Shown here: in pieces, positions 25,962 through 38,650 of the stretch | Layout of the letters: each line of letters begins with the position of its first letter | Position numbering within the stretch: the first letter of the stretch is position 1 | Source of the DNA: Rhizophagus irregularis | Lineage: Eukaryota | Direction: 5' to 3' | DNA length: 64,000 nucleotides | Assembly: GCF_026210795.1 (NCBI RefSeq) | Contig: NC_089430.1 | Span: 3,038,001 to 3,102,000, forward strand | Notes under the pieces: model-generated | Seen by the model: only the letters and a program-made list of their open reading frames with translations | Databases searched by the model: none | What the model was told of the DNA's origin: nothing | Translations under genes and position numbers: made by a program

Positions 25962-26379
25962 ATTATAACTATAGAAGAGGTTTTTTAATATATTTATTAG
26001 TATATTAGATCATATAAAATTTTATATAATGTAATTTATATAGGAAGTAATTATGATAGAGGATTGATTATATATAGTTTAATTAATAACAAAATCAAAA
26101 CTAATTAGAAATTTTTGGCAAAGAGTTTAGACAAGCATTACTAGTAAAAATTTTGATTATTATGAAATTGCTAATAAGAAATTATGCTTATTAGACAAGT
26201 TAGAGTATGATAATGAAGAAAGTTTAGAAGGTAGATATAAAGTTAGATCCTATTTTATTAAATATTAATAGCATAAAATTGAAATAGTTGTATAATAATC
26301 TTATCATTTTACAATATTCTATTTGTTCATACTTCATTATATAATATTTTTTAGGGCTAATTAATGTTAACTATAATCT

Positions 26380-26790
26380 AATTTAAATTGATTTGCTATA
26401 ATATAAAAAGGCATTATATCCAAGTATGATAAAATATTAATCCCAAATATCTGGATTGGCATGCCAAATTAACTGGTTTACCAAGCATTTTGACAGATAA
26501 GATTTGTTTTAACTTATACAAAAATATAGAAAGCCTCAAGTTTCTGATTTCAAGCCTATTATTTACAAAGCCAAACCTGATCCAGAATTAATTATCAAAT
26601 CCATCTTAGAGCATTTCACATACTTAAAATTCTGAAATAGCTTTAGGAAGATTGATAATTATAATTTTGCATTGGCTCATCCATGGGACTCATCATGCCC
26701 TATTTGTGATGGAGAACATGGGAATTATATATTATATGGTAAATGGTATAGAAATGGAACTGAGTATTGTCTTAGCTGTAACTCTTGAAG
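26380..26790 (+). pseudogene. Decayed ORF with a CxxC-H...CxxC motif, probably TE-associated
   Basis: Reads LDWHAKLTGLPSILTDK...ILEHFTYLKF*NSFRKIDNYNF..SCPICDGEHGNY..GKWY..YCLSC. Confidence 0.5.
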
Positions 26791-28065
26791 CAATAAATTT
26801 CAGTTTGCAGTCGTAGCATAGATGAGGCAGATTTGTCCCTGAAATGCGCAGGGTTTTTCCTAGCAAAATCACGTGAGACGTATGTAAAAATAAATTCATT
26901 CGTGGACATGTAGGCCATTGTATCATAATAACCGCAATCATTTATTTTCAGCGGAAAGTATTGAGTAGGCGTATTTATTTTTTTACATGTATCATATTAA
27001 TAAAACTTCGATCATCACATCACTTACATATATTGTATACTGCAAAAGGTGTAAAAAGTATCAGAAGGAATATATAAGCGGTGTGAATGTCCTCGAGTAC
27101 AATTCGTGTCAAAAAATTTGCATAATTAATGCTCTTGTGATTGATGGTATAGGTTTTATACACAGCAAATATTCGCATTAGGATTAGCATCAGATCTTGC
27201 AGACGTGGCTAGAGTTAGATTCTAGAACAATATTATTAATTTCGAAATTACAGAACTCCGAAAGGTATCATTAGTGGACTATCTTGTAAAGGAGAATAAT
27301 AAACTGAATAAATTAGTTTAGGATAACGTCATCATGTAGCAGGTTACGACTCGTATTTTCTCGTACGATCAATAAAGCAAAGACGCAATTAGTGCAATTA
27401 ATTTACCAGACATCATTTTTTTCGCATGATGTTGGTTGAGGGAGAGGGAATTGTGTATGCTAAAATTTCTAACAAGTTTTATTATAACAAAACTTAATCC
27501 AGAACTTGATAAATGCGCAGTAACATTAGAAACATTTTAGTATAGACATCATTTATCACGGGAATAAGTAATTTATTTTCGAACTTTCCCGCATATACTC
27601 AAAAGCTTTACGCATAACAAAAAAGACCTCCTTGTTGATCTTTGTATATGGGCAGTGCCAAAGTTTTTTATTATAATTTTAAGTGGATCCGTTGATCAGA
27701 TTTTCGTGATGTAATATATTAACGTAATTTGCCCCAAAAGCGCATTCCAAAAATCGATCCTGGAAATTATATAAAAAGGTGATGCCTCTGTTAGTGAATC
27801 CTTTTTATCCGCGTAAGTAAAGCAAAAAAGTTCAAACCAATCAAGCTTACCGTTATTAAAATCATTGATATTAACAATCAAACGAACTCAAAGTAATAAT
27901 AAAGTAAGTCGGTTTTATTGCTCAGCTAACTTCTTGAAACTTGTCATCACAATGTTAATCGATTTTCCGCCTTTACAGATGTTTCAAAATAAAGCGGTCT
28001 GCCGACTTCACGTGTCTCATCAGCGCAGGTGGCTTTTCTATCATCTGATTTCTAGCATCAAAAAA

Positions 28066-29107
28066 AACTCCCCCAGCGTAACCATCAAAAAAAGCTCGGG
28101 CACGTGATTCATGTGATTTGACTGTAGCTAAGTGTGGCTATTGAAATTGCACTACGCAGCTATTGCAACTTAACCCTAAATAACTCCAAAGGTAAAAGTT
28201 TCAGCCTGAACTAACCTTCCTTACCTAACCCTAAGAAACTCCACGTCTACGTTATCTTCAAGAATAGATCAACTTTCCTTACCCTAACCCTAAGAAACTC
28301 CAACATCTACGTCATCTTCAAGGATATGTATTTCCGCCTAAATCAACTTTCCTCACCCTAACCCTAAGATACTCCAACGTCAATGTTATCTTCAAAGATA
28401 AGTATTTCGGCCTAAACTAATTTTCTTTATCCTAAGATACTCCACTCCAAAGATGATTGCTTGAGAATATAATGAAATTTTATAGTTGTTAATTCATAAG
28501 AGTAAAACAAAATCTTTTAAATTAATGAAATTTGAGTAATTATTTTATTAAAATAGAATGTAATATTAATTTAACAATAAAATTTATTCAATTTCAATTT
28601 ATTAAAATACATTAATTTAAAATAAATTATTGTAAATAATGAGTGCTATCAGTTTGCCCCTTCCATGTTAATGGCATGGTTCACTTATTTGATAATGTTC
28701 AACGTCTTCACCTAATTTATTAATAGGACTATATTCCTTACTACAGACTAGTTTTGCTCTTTTAGAAGAGAAGGTTGCATTAATTAGGCTGTCAAAATAA
28801 CAGTCGCAATTTAGTTTGTTGAACTAGTATTATTGCTTACTTGGTATTTCTACAGGTTTCATATTTTCTGCGAGTTTTGTATTAAAAGATTTATAGATAT
28901 TGTAAAGAAAATAAGCCAACTTTTTATTTTTTAAAAAAAATTGTATTCTTGGTATTTGGTAATGTAGACGCGAAAAGAAAGCTTAAATAATAGCTTAAAT
29001 AATACGCGATAATAGATCAGTTGCCACAAACTGCGCCGTATGTAACAAAATCACATGCTCAAAAATCACATTCCCGAGCTTTTTTTGATGGTGTTACTGG
29101 GGAAGAT
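28066..29107. mobile_element. Mutator-like non-autonomous TIR element with internal CCCTAA-containing tandem repeats
   Basis: TIR core ACCATCAAAAAAAGCTCGGG / CCCGAGCTTTTTTTGATGGT; direct repeat CATCAAAAAA at 28056-28065 and 29108-29117. Confidence 0.75.
28165..28455. repeat. About 5 degenerate tandem units (55-75 bp) built around TAACCCTAAGAWACTCC
   Basis: Cores at 28171, 28226, 28285, 28359 and ~28429. Confidence 0.85.
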
Positions 29108-29307
29108 CATCAAAAAATTTGGCGCAGTACAGTATATCTAAATTTTCCTCTAGAAATAGTCCAGGCTATATAGAAATTTTCAGCGTATGGCCTCTGTGGC
29201 CTCTGAGGATCCTATATAATTCACTTATACAGTTTCCTGCTGATTGTCCATCTAAACCTTTGGTCTTTGCAGGTGGAGTTCCCAGTATATAGCTGAATTT
29301 AAAGCAG

Positions 29308-29620
29308 GCGCTGACAGAAAAAGCGGCCTTGAAGAAAGCATGATTACTGAATGAAAAAGGGCAGCATTGTATTGAGATATACCGAAAGCCACCATTAACA
29401 TATCTAATTGGCTACAAGTTGAGTAAGTAATCACTCGTTTGAGATCATTTTGGAAAAGACCAGTGGTAGCCGCCTCAAAGATCCGATCCAAAGAAGTAAT
29501 AACAGAGCCGTTTCACTGTGCTTTAACAAAGGAGAAATTCGGAGTAATAAGAATATACTAGCTACAACCATGGTAGCTGCATGTAAAAGGGCTGATACAG
29601 GAGTGGGCAAATTGTGCTGA
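29308..29620 (-). pseudogene. nad5: Nuclear copy of a mitochondrial nad5 fragment (NUMT)
   Basis: SAQF/PTPVSALLHAATMV...ISPLL...[30 protein letters not shown] are ND5 motifs, here carrying frameshifts and deletions. Confidence 0.9.
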
Positions 29621-29934
29621 TACACTTGATGTTTGGCGCAGCGATAAAAAATCTGTTATAACGCATTAAGCAACAAATTTCTTAAATATAAGTCGGATTG
29701 GAATGTTGTTAAAATAGGCAAGTATGAATAGGAAATATTGCATTGATTATTCTTTTACCTCAATTGCTAATCTACCAAATTTATGCTATAGGTCCGAAAT
29801 TACTTAATCTCCGGAAGTTCTCTTATTGGGAATAATCTTTCACATAGTCTGTGCGAAAGGTAGTGATATAGATAGACAAAAATTTCGTAGATATGGGTTA
29901 TCTCGAAAATCTAGTGTAGTAAAAGAGTATAGGG

Positions 29935-32290
29935 ATGAGAATTTTATGAGAATTTTATATTTAGACAAACGTTTAAACACTTCAGTTTTGTGTAAATGAA
30001 ATGCCACAGATTGGAATAGAGACTGAAATTGCGCAACATATCGGTATGCACTGAGCCACTGACTGACAAAAACGCGAGTTTGTATTATTACACTTGTGTC
30101 TGAAAAACAGATTCGTTTATTTTAATTGAAAAGTCTAAGTGGAATGTTAAATACTTCTTAGAGGGCTGTGAACTTGAAGACATAAGTGACAAAATAAGTA
30201 TTTATCTTAAATCTCTTGAGGCCATCGCCGAGGACAAAAGTGCAAACGAGCAAAGGAATTGCTTGCAAGATATAGAGGTAAATTCATATTTTTTTTTGTC
30301 TTTAGTTAAAAACTAGAATTTGACGTGTGCGGGATCTCGGGGTCTTGTATCATTCAAGTCTCAAGGGCGAGCCACGAAGTTAGTGCTGGGGCGCGAACAA
30401 TCTCGAGGGTTGTTTTACGTTCAAAGCTCAGGGTTGACCTGGTGGGATAAAAATAGGAGGATATTGATAAATACACTAATCAAGAATATTACTAATTTAT
30501 CAAATTTTACGCGTTAGGGCTCTCACCAGATCGGAATCTTGCTTGAAATTAGGAAAAGGATAGAAAAATGGCTAGTGAGACTTCGATATCTATTAACTTT
30601 TACGGGAATTTACAGACAATAGGATCATATCATCAGAAGCTACTAAAATAATGTGGGATTTTTATTGACACATTAGATTAGTATTAGATGGAAAAAAAAT
30701 ATAGAAATTTGGGATATGTAATAGGAAAAGAACTAATACTGCCAAATTGTTAAGTTAGAATTAAAATATATTGAAGACAATTTTTTAATTGTCATTTATT
30801 TTATTATAAGCAGGACGTAATGAATACTTCAGCTGAAAGTAAGAAACTTTTATCAAAAGTCGAAGAAAAGGTAAGTCTAGTTAAGAATACAATCATTGAT
30901 TTCAAATGATACTGATTTATAACTTTCCTTAGGATAAAGAACCTTCCTTTACTGGATTATTATTAAAACAAGTCCAAGAGGTAATTTTTAATTGGAAGTT
31001 GTAAGAATTGGCAGGATATTAGCTATTTGGTAAAAGCAATTTTAATTTTTTCTTTTTTGTTTAGTCTGATGATGATTTCCAACCCACCATTCCTATCCGA
31101 ACTCAAAAACGTAAAAAACAATTATCACTTTCAAAAAAGGTTGATAAAGAATTGTCTTCTTCAAGGAAGGTCAGTATAAAATACTGTGATAAGGATTTTT
31201 CACAGAATTTCTTATAAATTTTTTCTACTACTTGTTATATGAATAGGTCAAAACTACCAGCAAGAATGTTGTCGATCCATTCATTGCATCATCTAGTAGA
31301 AGAGTTCGTGATAATTCTGAAGCCTCCTCCAACAGTTCATATAAAAACACTGAGCAAGAAGAACCAACCTCAATTTCAAAGCTGATATGGAATCCTTTCA
31401 TGAAGCATATTCGAGTATGGATTCATATCAAATGTGGACATAATTAAGTCCCGGCCAAAACTTGAACAGCCTCAACCTGAACTTGAAAAAGTATACGCTT
31501 AATATTGACAATACCAAGGATCTGTGAAAGGCTTTTGCCAAACCATATGTATCAAATTTTGATCAGAGTATTCATTTTGATCTTGATTTTCATTAATTAC
31601 GCTTATCGATTAATGCTGTCTTGTAGAGAGGGAAGAAAATCCATTTGTTGAATTACAATTGGAAAGTTAGTTCAAAATGAACGTGTGGGCACATTTTATT
31701 GATCCACTCTTTCATAATCTGGAAGTTGAGCTAAAGCGTGGAGAGGGATGAGATGAGCCTTGTGCCAAGCGACCGGAAAAATGATGAAAGATCAGTAGAT
31801 GAACGGAAGAAGATACGAAAGATGATTGGCCGAAAAGGAGATGGCGTGTTCAGATCGTGTAAAACATAAGTGGAAAGGCAAGTGTGGAGATAAATACTTA
31901 ACAGATTCGCTAAAATTATGTAAAATGTAAAATGACATTATGGTGCAGCTTTTCACTGAATGTGAAATGATAGAATACTATGTGAGGAAGTGGGGTACTT
32001 CAAGGAGATAATAGGATTCAGCTTATCATAATGGATTCTTTAAAAGGATATATTTATCGTATTCGACATGAAAATGTTTATGATCGATCAAATTCCAGCC
32101 ATTAGCTTTTATTCCGAAAGAGATTCTATGTTATCATACAAATATTGAATGTGATAAGCGAGAAGAAGGAAGCTGACGTTGTAAATTTGTTTAATATTTC
32201 TGAACAAGATATACCCACTCACCTTCTAGAACAATCACTGCAACTGAAACCTTTAAGACTTTAACAACTAAGTGTATTAAGGATGTAATT
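29935..32290 (+). pseudogene. Decayed intron-containing gene with a C-terminal restriction-endonuclease-like (PD-(D/E)XK-like) region
   Basis: Remnant GT-AG introns at 30870-31250. At ~31680-31980: VWAHFIDPLF..RGEG/MSL..SDRKN...IGRKGDGVFR...DSLKLCKM. Boundaries are approximate and the fold is inferred. Confidence 0.5.
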
Positions 32291-33009
32291 AATAAAAAAA
32301 ATAGTAAATAATAGAGGATATGTTCTATAAAATAGCAATGTTTTATTACGATAAATATAATAGATTAGAAAAGCAATTTTAAGAAATATTTTTTTAAAAT
32401 GGATTGTATTCTTGATCTATTTGTTATATATAATAGATATTATAATAAATTGTAATAAAAAAGATGGTATACTGAAGGGTTAGTAGGAATTGAAATCAAT
32501 TTTACCAAACCAAATTAATTAAAAATCAAATTAAAATTGATTTTGATTATTAAATAAAAAATTGATATAATTCTATATTATGTAACTGTTATATAAAATT
32601 TTGTTACAAATCTTTACATCTCACAAAATTTGAATGGTATTACTTAATTCTGGCTATAATTATAAACTTGGTTAGAATTACTACTGATTACTTAAACATT
32701 TATTTTGATGTAAAAACACAAAAATTAAATAAATGGAATGGTTTTTATATTAATTGTAATTATTGGAGTTGTTTTGCCACAAATTTAATGGTATATAATC
32801 AGTTAAAAATGATTAATCAGAATTAATTTTAAATGTAAAAATTGATTTTAATTTCTAGAGATTAGACTTAGTTAGTTCTTTTTAAAGATATACTTAATAT
32901 GTTTTATAAATGCATTGCTTGGATACTTTAAAATACCTTTATAGGAGGAAAAAAATTACTATGAAACTTGTAGAACTAAGATGAATGGGTTACTACTGGC
33001 CTAATAATA

Positions 33010-33719
33010 CAGAGGGTGATTAATATTATACAGACATTTAAAGATATTTAGGTATCTAATAATTGAAATTTCATAATTTTACATTCATTTGATTCGTCTT
33101 ATTGAGAGGATTCGAATGATAGTAATATCATCTTTACATAATCAATATTCAGTGTACAATTATGTTTTAAACATTTAGATATTTCTATATGAATATTTAA
33201 TCCAATGATTGGATTTTCATAATCTTTAGCTCATTGTATTCATCTTATTAAGACGTTTCAAATGATTGCAAATACATATTGATTGGATTAATAATGACTA
33301 AATTATACTCGTTATAGTGAATCTCGTTATAATGAATATTAAGTAAAATTGTGTTATAGTGACCTATTGATTTTTTTCTTTATAATTAATTTCTCCTGAT
33401 ATAGTGAATTTTCTTAATAAATCTTGTTATAGTGAAAAAAAGGGAAAAAATTATATAGTGGAACGGAAAGTTCACTATAATGAACTTTGACTGTAATTTT
33501 TTACAATTTTTAACTTATTATTATACTTGTTATATAAATTATAGAATTTTTGCAACGAGCATTTTCATATTTCCAAAAAATTCTGAAAAATATGAAGTAT
33601 AAGAGTTGTTTATTATGACTGTAAGTACAGAATAATGTTTAATTTATATTACATTAATATGTAATGTTCAGCATAATTTGGTAAAATAAAAATGTCCGCA
33701 TACTTTTGATTGCCTTCTG
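33010..33719. mobile_element. Non-autonomous relative of the 10845-12165 Tc1 element
   Basis: TA|CAGAGGGTGATTAATATTATACAGACATTT ... AAAATGTCCGCATACTTTTGATTGCCTTCTG|TA; no transposase. A nested GTTATAGTGA-repeat element ends in GACTG|TA at 33493. Confidence 0.8.
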
Positions 33720-33929
33720 TATAAATCCAAAGGTTTTAATTACAATTTCAACAAAAAGTTAATAAGAAACTTGATTTTATTTTAAATATAAATATTTTTA
33801 ATAATATTTTTATTAATTAAAGAACAATGATAAAGAATTAATTGAGACTAATAATAAATAAATTAATGATAAAATTAATGATAATATTTAGTAATGTGAT
33901 TTCTATGAGAAAAAAAAATAACATTATTA

Positions 33930-36087
33930 TTATTTTATCCTCCTCTTATTTATAGTTGTTAATGCTTTATTATTAATCCATTTGGTAAACATTTCTAAAG
34001 AATTTACAGGTTGATAAAAAGGAGCTTCATGACCTGCTTCATATATTCTAATAAATGTTAATTTATCAAAAGATTTTATTTCTCCAGCAATTGTATTACC
34101 AACTGTCCATTTTTTTACTGTTGCATTATTAAAATCAGATTGAAATTTCCATATTAATGCATCTACCAACTCTCTTCCACTAAACCTAAAAGAAAAAGAA
34201 GCAGATTAAAAGAATAATTTGAGTAAAATAAAACGAAATCTTTCATTTAATACTTACCAGTTACATCTAAAATCTGCATCACCATAATATAATAATACAG
34301 GAAATCCCCTATAAAGAAGATATTCAACATCTGCCTTATGACTTTGCTCTCTAATATAAAAATAAGATATAAAATGTTATATCTATTTTATCTTTTTCGA
34401 TTTAAATCACAAAAAAAAAAATTGTTTTCTTAATTTACTTACAAATCACCTTGATAGACAAACCGATCAAAAGAATCCTTCGAACAATTAGCATAATTTT
34501 TTTGTGCACCAATAGCTGCCATTATTTCAGGTTTGGTCAAATAAATTTCATAATCTTTTGGTGGATAAGTATTTATCGTTGCTATGGAAGTTCTAATATC
34601 AAAAGGATTTAATCCAGAATTTATAAAATGAGAATAATATTTAGAAAAGAGACAAGTTTCTATTGCATTTATGCAATCAACTACATTTCCTGTTGTATAA
34701 CAAAGGTCAACTGGTGAAGAAAAAATTGGTTAAGTTATTTTTCTTTATAAAAATCGCTTAAATCACTTAAATTATTACAGGAATTTATGAAGTTTACTTG
34801 ATTGTAGGCATTCAGGCAATTCTGATCGCATTGCTGCGAGTTCACTTGAATTTAGTTTAGGACCATCTAAATAATAAACATTAGATAAAAGTCTGTCAAT
34901 ACGAATAAATTGTGTGATTGAATGTTTTAAGTTTCCACATAACTTACATGAATTAAATTCTAGGAAATCTGGATAAGATTTACTACATGTCGAGAACAAA
35001 ATATATATGAATATATATGTAAATATATAGTGTATATACATACTTTAATAAATAAATATTAAAAAAATTTACTATGTAGTTTTGGGATCAATTTGTCCAT
35101 TTCCGATTCCAATAGATTTAAGATTAATTGGTATTGCTTTTAAGTAATTCGATTTAATTAAAATATTATTCTCATCTATCAACTTTGCAACAGAAGGTAC
35201 TATAGCACGTGCGTGACGCAGTAAAATTTACGTTACTATAAAGTACAATACAAATATCAATTGCGATGAAAAAACGTTGAAATAACCCAGACTTACTATA
35301 ATGCCCCGCATAAGATTCACCAAAAATATGGAAATCCATTTTAGAATATTCTGGAAATTTTTCAAAGAATTTTTGTAAAAAAGTATATAAATTTAGAGAA
35401 GCGTGTTCTGTTGTTGCTACGATTTTTTTTCCAAATGAAAATCCTGTATCAACAGGCTGTAATAAAAGAATGAATTAATGTGTTTATGCTTTTATGGTAA
35501 TATTTTTATTTTTATTTTTTTTCGAAAAAAAGAATTTTACCTGATCAATAAATAACAAATTAGAAACTTCATTCCAACTTTCGGGATGTACTTCAACATC
35601 TGCTCCTCCTACCATGGATCTACAAGGACCCATTTCTTGAAATAATCCTATCATTGAAGAACATCCCGGACCTCCATTTAACCATAATGTTAATGGAGAA
35701 CCTTTAGGATTATTTCTCGATTCAAAAAACCAAAAAAATAGATTTGTAAATTGATCGACTCTTATATAGCCGGAATACTATATAAGGATGAAGAATTCAT
35801 TAATATTTAAAGTATATTGAGATTAAATCCTTTTCTACTTCTTTTACCTGCTTCACATTTGGATCGCATAATTTACTTGATACAATACTATAGGTTGGGT
35901 CTTGGTAGATAAAACAATAAGATTAATCACGTGTATAATTATAATTGTAATTCACGTGGTACGTGGTATTCACACCTGCAGCTGCTGCGTCGGCAAATTC
36001 AATAGTTAGCATGTACCATACCATTAAGGTAACGAAAATGATGAATGAACATGATAATTTGCCAGCTGGTTTAATTATAAAATTCAT
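33930..36087 (-). CDS. Serine carboxypeptidase (peptidase S10), multi-exon, N-terminal signal-like hydrophobic segment
   Basis: [39 protein letters not shown] (Ser), GDADFRCNW (Asp), EAGHEAP (His); GT-AG introns. Confidence 0.92.
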
Positions 36088-37559
36088 CCTTTAAATTCAT
36101 TAATTGCAATATATAAGATAAATTAATTTTAATAACATAAAAAAGGATAGAATTTTCTGAACGGAATAAAATTATTCATTCATCCTTTATATACTTTGCA
36201 TAACTCTGATAAACAATTACACTCGCTGTTATAAAAATTCTAGAAAGTCACTATTTGTAATGTACTACATTATTCATGATTCGCTTATATAGAATTTAAA
36301 GTCCCTAGATGATGTCCAAAATAAATATGGATATTCCCTATCTGGTATATTGGGATATCGGATTCTCCATCCTTTGAACGATAATCCGGATCTATATCCT
36401 TTAATTTTTAACTACGTTTTTTAATTTTTAAAATAATACTATTCAGCGTTCACTCTATTTGAAAAAGGGACTGTTTAAACCAAAATTACGGAAAGTACCA
36501 GTATTGACCATAACGAAATATTAAATATTTTATGTAACAGTGCAAATAGATAAAATTATGTGTTAAACCCATTGGTCAATGCGCTTTGAAAAAAGGCGGA
36601 AAAAAGATTATCTCCTGATCTACGCGGATTCGAACTCCGATAAACAAACAATTAAGACGGAGGTTGAGAAGTTTTTCGAAAGGGATGATCATATTAAGGA
36701 TATTTACAAAGGTACGACATCTCCTACATACCGAAAATGGAAATCCATTGGTTTCTATCTTCTATAAATAATGAACTTTTATAGTAAATAGTTTTCAGAA
36801 AAGAATTTTCCAAAAGCAATAATATACAGATTAAAACTTTTAAAGTCTATATAATAAAAGAATTCAAATTCATATATACATCATTGACCTATAAGTCTAT
36901 AACTGGTCGCATCAATGCGTAAATTCTATTAAGGTAAGATTTATCCATTGATATCTATGATATCTATTCAATATTACAAGTAGTATTATTTGTTTATATA
37001 ATTTTTTGATTTTAATAATTGAATCAATTATCACAATTGTAACTAAGCACTATATTGTATCCAAAGCTATTAATATAAGAAAGAATATTCTTTATTCAAA
37101 TTCTTGCAGATTTTGTTACAATAAAAAAAGCATTTTTACCAAAAAGTGATTGTTTGGCAAATTGTAAAAATACTCGGTGCTACAGATGTGATGAATAAAT
37201 TACTAGATTAATAAATTTATAATTGAGTAGGTGAGTAGTTCCTTGATTGGATACTTTAAGTCATGTGATTAGTGATTTAGATCTTCATGGTCGCCACTTG
37301 GTTTACATGTTACCAATTTTCAATAACTAGCGAGAAAATTAATTGTTACGCGATATCACATGTGAATAATACGTGATGTAACTTCTCAAAAAGAGTATCG
37401 ATCGAAAGTTTTTAGATTTACACGTATTAAATTCCAAGTAATCTGTACAAAAATCCCAAAATTATGATGAATACTTAATTATGGAAACAATCCAATCATT
37501 TCCAATTTCAATAGGTTAATTGGCGATAAATTGTGATAAAAAGCTCACTGTAATGTCTT

Positions 37560-37758
37560 CCCTATAAAAAATTTTTATCCGAATATTTCCATTATTTCTC
37601 CATGTCTTTCGTAAAAATTCCGTGAAAATGATACATTCACGGATATCCGTGTTAGCGAGATGAAAATTTCCATGATTTAAGGCTATTAATTCCATGAAAA
37701 TGATACATTCACGGAAAAAACATGGAAAGATAAAACACGGATCAGATTTTTTACAGGG
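37560..37758. mobile_element. MITE with CCCT...AGGG ends and a 3-bp TSD
   Basis: CCCTATAAAAAAT / ATTTTTTACAGGG; CTT on both sides; internal duplicate TTCCRTGAAAATGATACATTCACGGA. Confidence 0.7.
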
Positions 37759-37779
37759 CTTGCAAAAGATTCACCGGAA

Positions 37780-37998
37780 ATCATAGTTCTACAAGGACTC
37801 ATTTCTTGGAATAATCATATTTGAATCATTTGGATCGCATAATTTACTCGGTATAATATTATAGGTCTTGGCCCTTGGGTAAAAAAACAAAATTATCACA
37901 TGTACAATTACAATTCACGTGGTATTTCGCAAAATCCGCTGTGTCAATGGTCAGAAACAAGATTGTTTTCCAGATGTTTAATAATAATATAATTCATC
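37780..37998 (-). pseudogene. Collapsed relic of a third S10 carboxypeptidase copy
   Basis: Pieces matching exon 3 (TTCTACAAGGAC..ATTTCTTG), exon 2 (TTTGGATCGCATAATTTACT), intron 1 and the start of exon 1 of the flanking paralogues are joined by deletions. Confidence 0.75.
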
Positions 37999-38650
37999 TT
38001 TCTTTCTGATTTATTGAATTTTGATTGTTTTAATTTGTTTTATTTTTTTTGATTCGGAGTCTATAATTTCATTTCAAGAGCATTAATGAATCGGGAATTC
38101 AAGAATATCGGAACAATCCGTTTCGCATGTGGTCAGTATTTAAATTTGATTTGGTAGTACTGTAACTTATCGATTACGGTACTAAGTTTCCTTCTTTCCT
38201 TGCAGTTTATATTTCATTAATTTACAATCGTTTTTATACTATTATAAAGAATTTTCTAGCTACGAAATTTTTTTTTTCGATCAAGTTATTTCAGTGGAAA
38301 GAATATATTGAATTATAATAAGCTCAAAATGTCAATTAAGTTAGTTTTTCTTTATTCTTTAATATAGAGTGAAAATGCAAACCCTCCAATTCAACGGCAA
38401 CGTTTTACCGAATAAATTATGAAATGAATAATTAATTAATAACAATAAAGAATTCTTTTTTATGAAATAATCAAGAATAGTGATGGGTAATTAGTGATGA
38501 AAATTAATTAAAGACTAAAAAATTAAATAATAAAAAAATAGTGAGAAGTTTTAGAATTTATAAATAAAATTATAAAACATGTTATTAAAATTCATCTTAC
38601 CTTTTCATGATAGCAGGTAAAAAAAAAAAATACATTAACTAATTCTTTTG

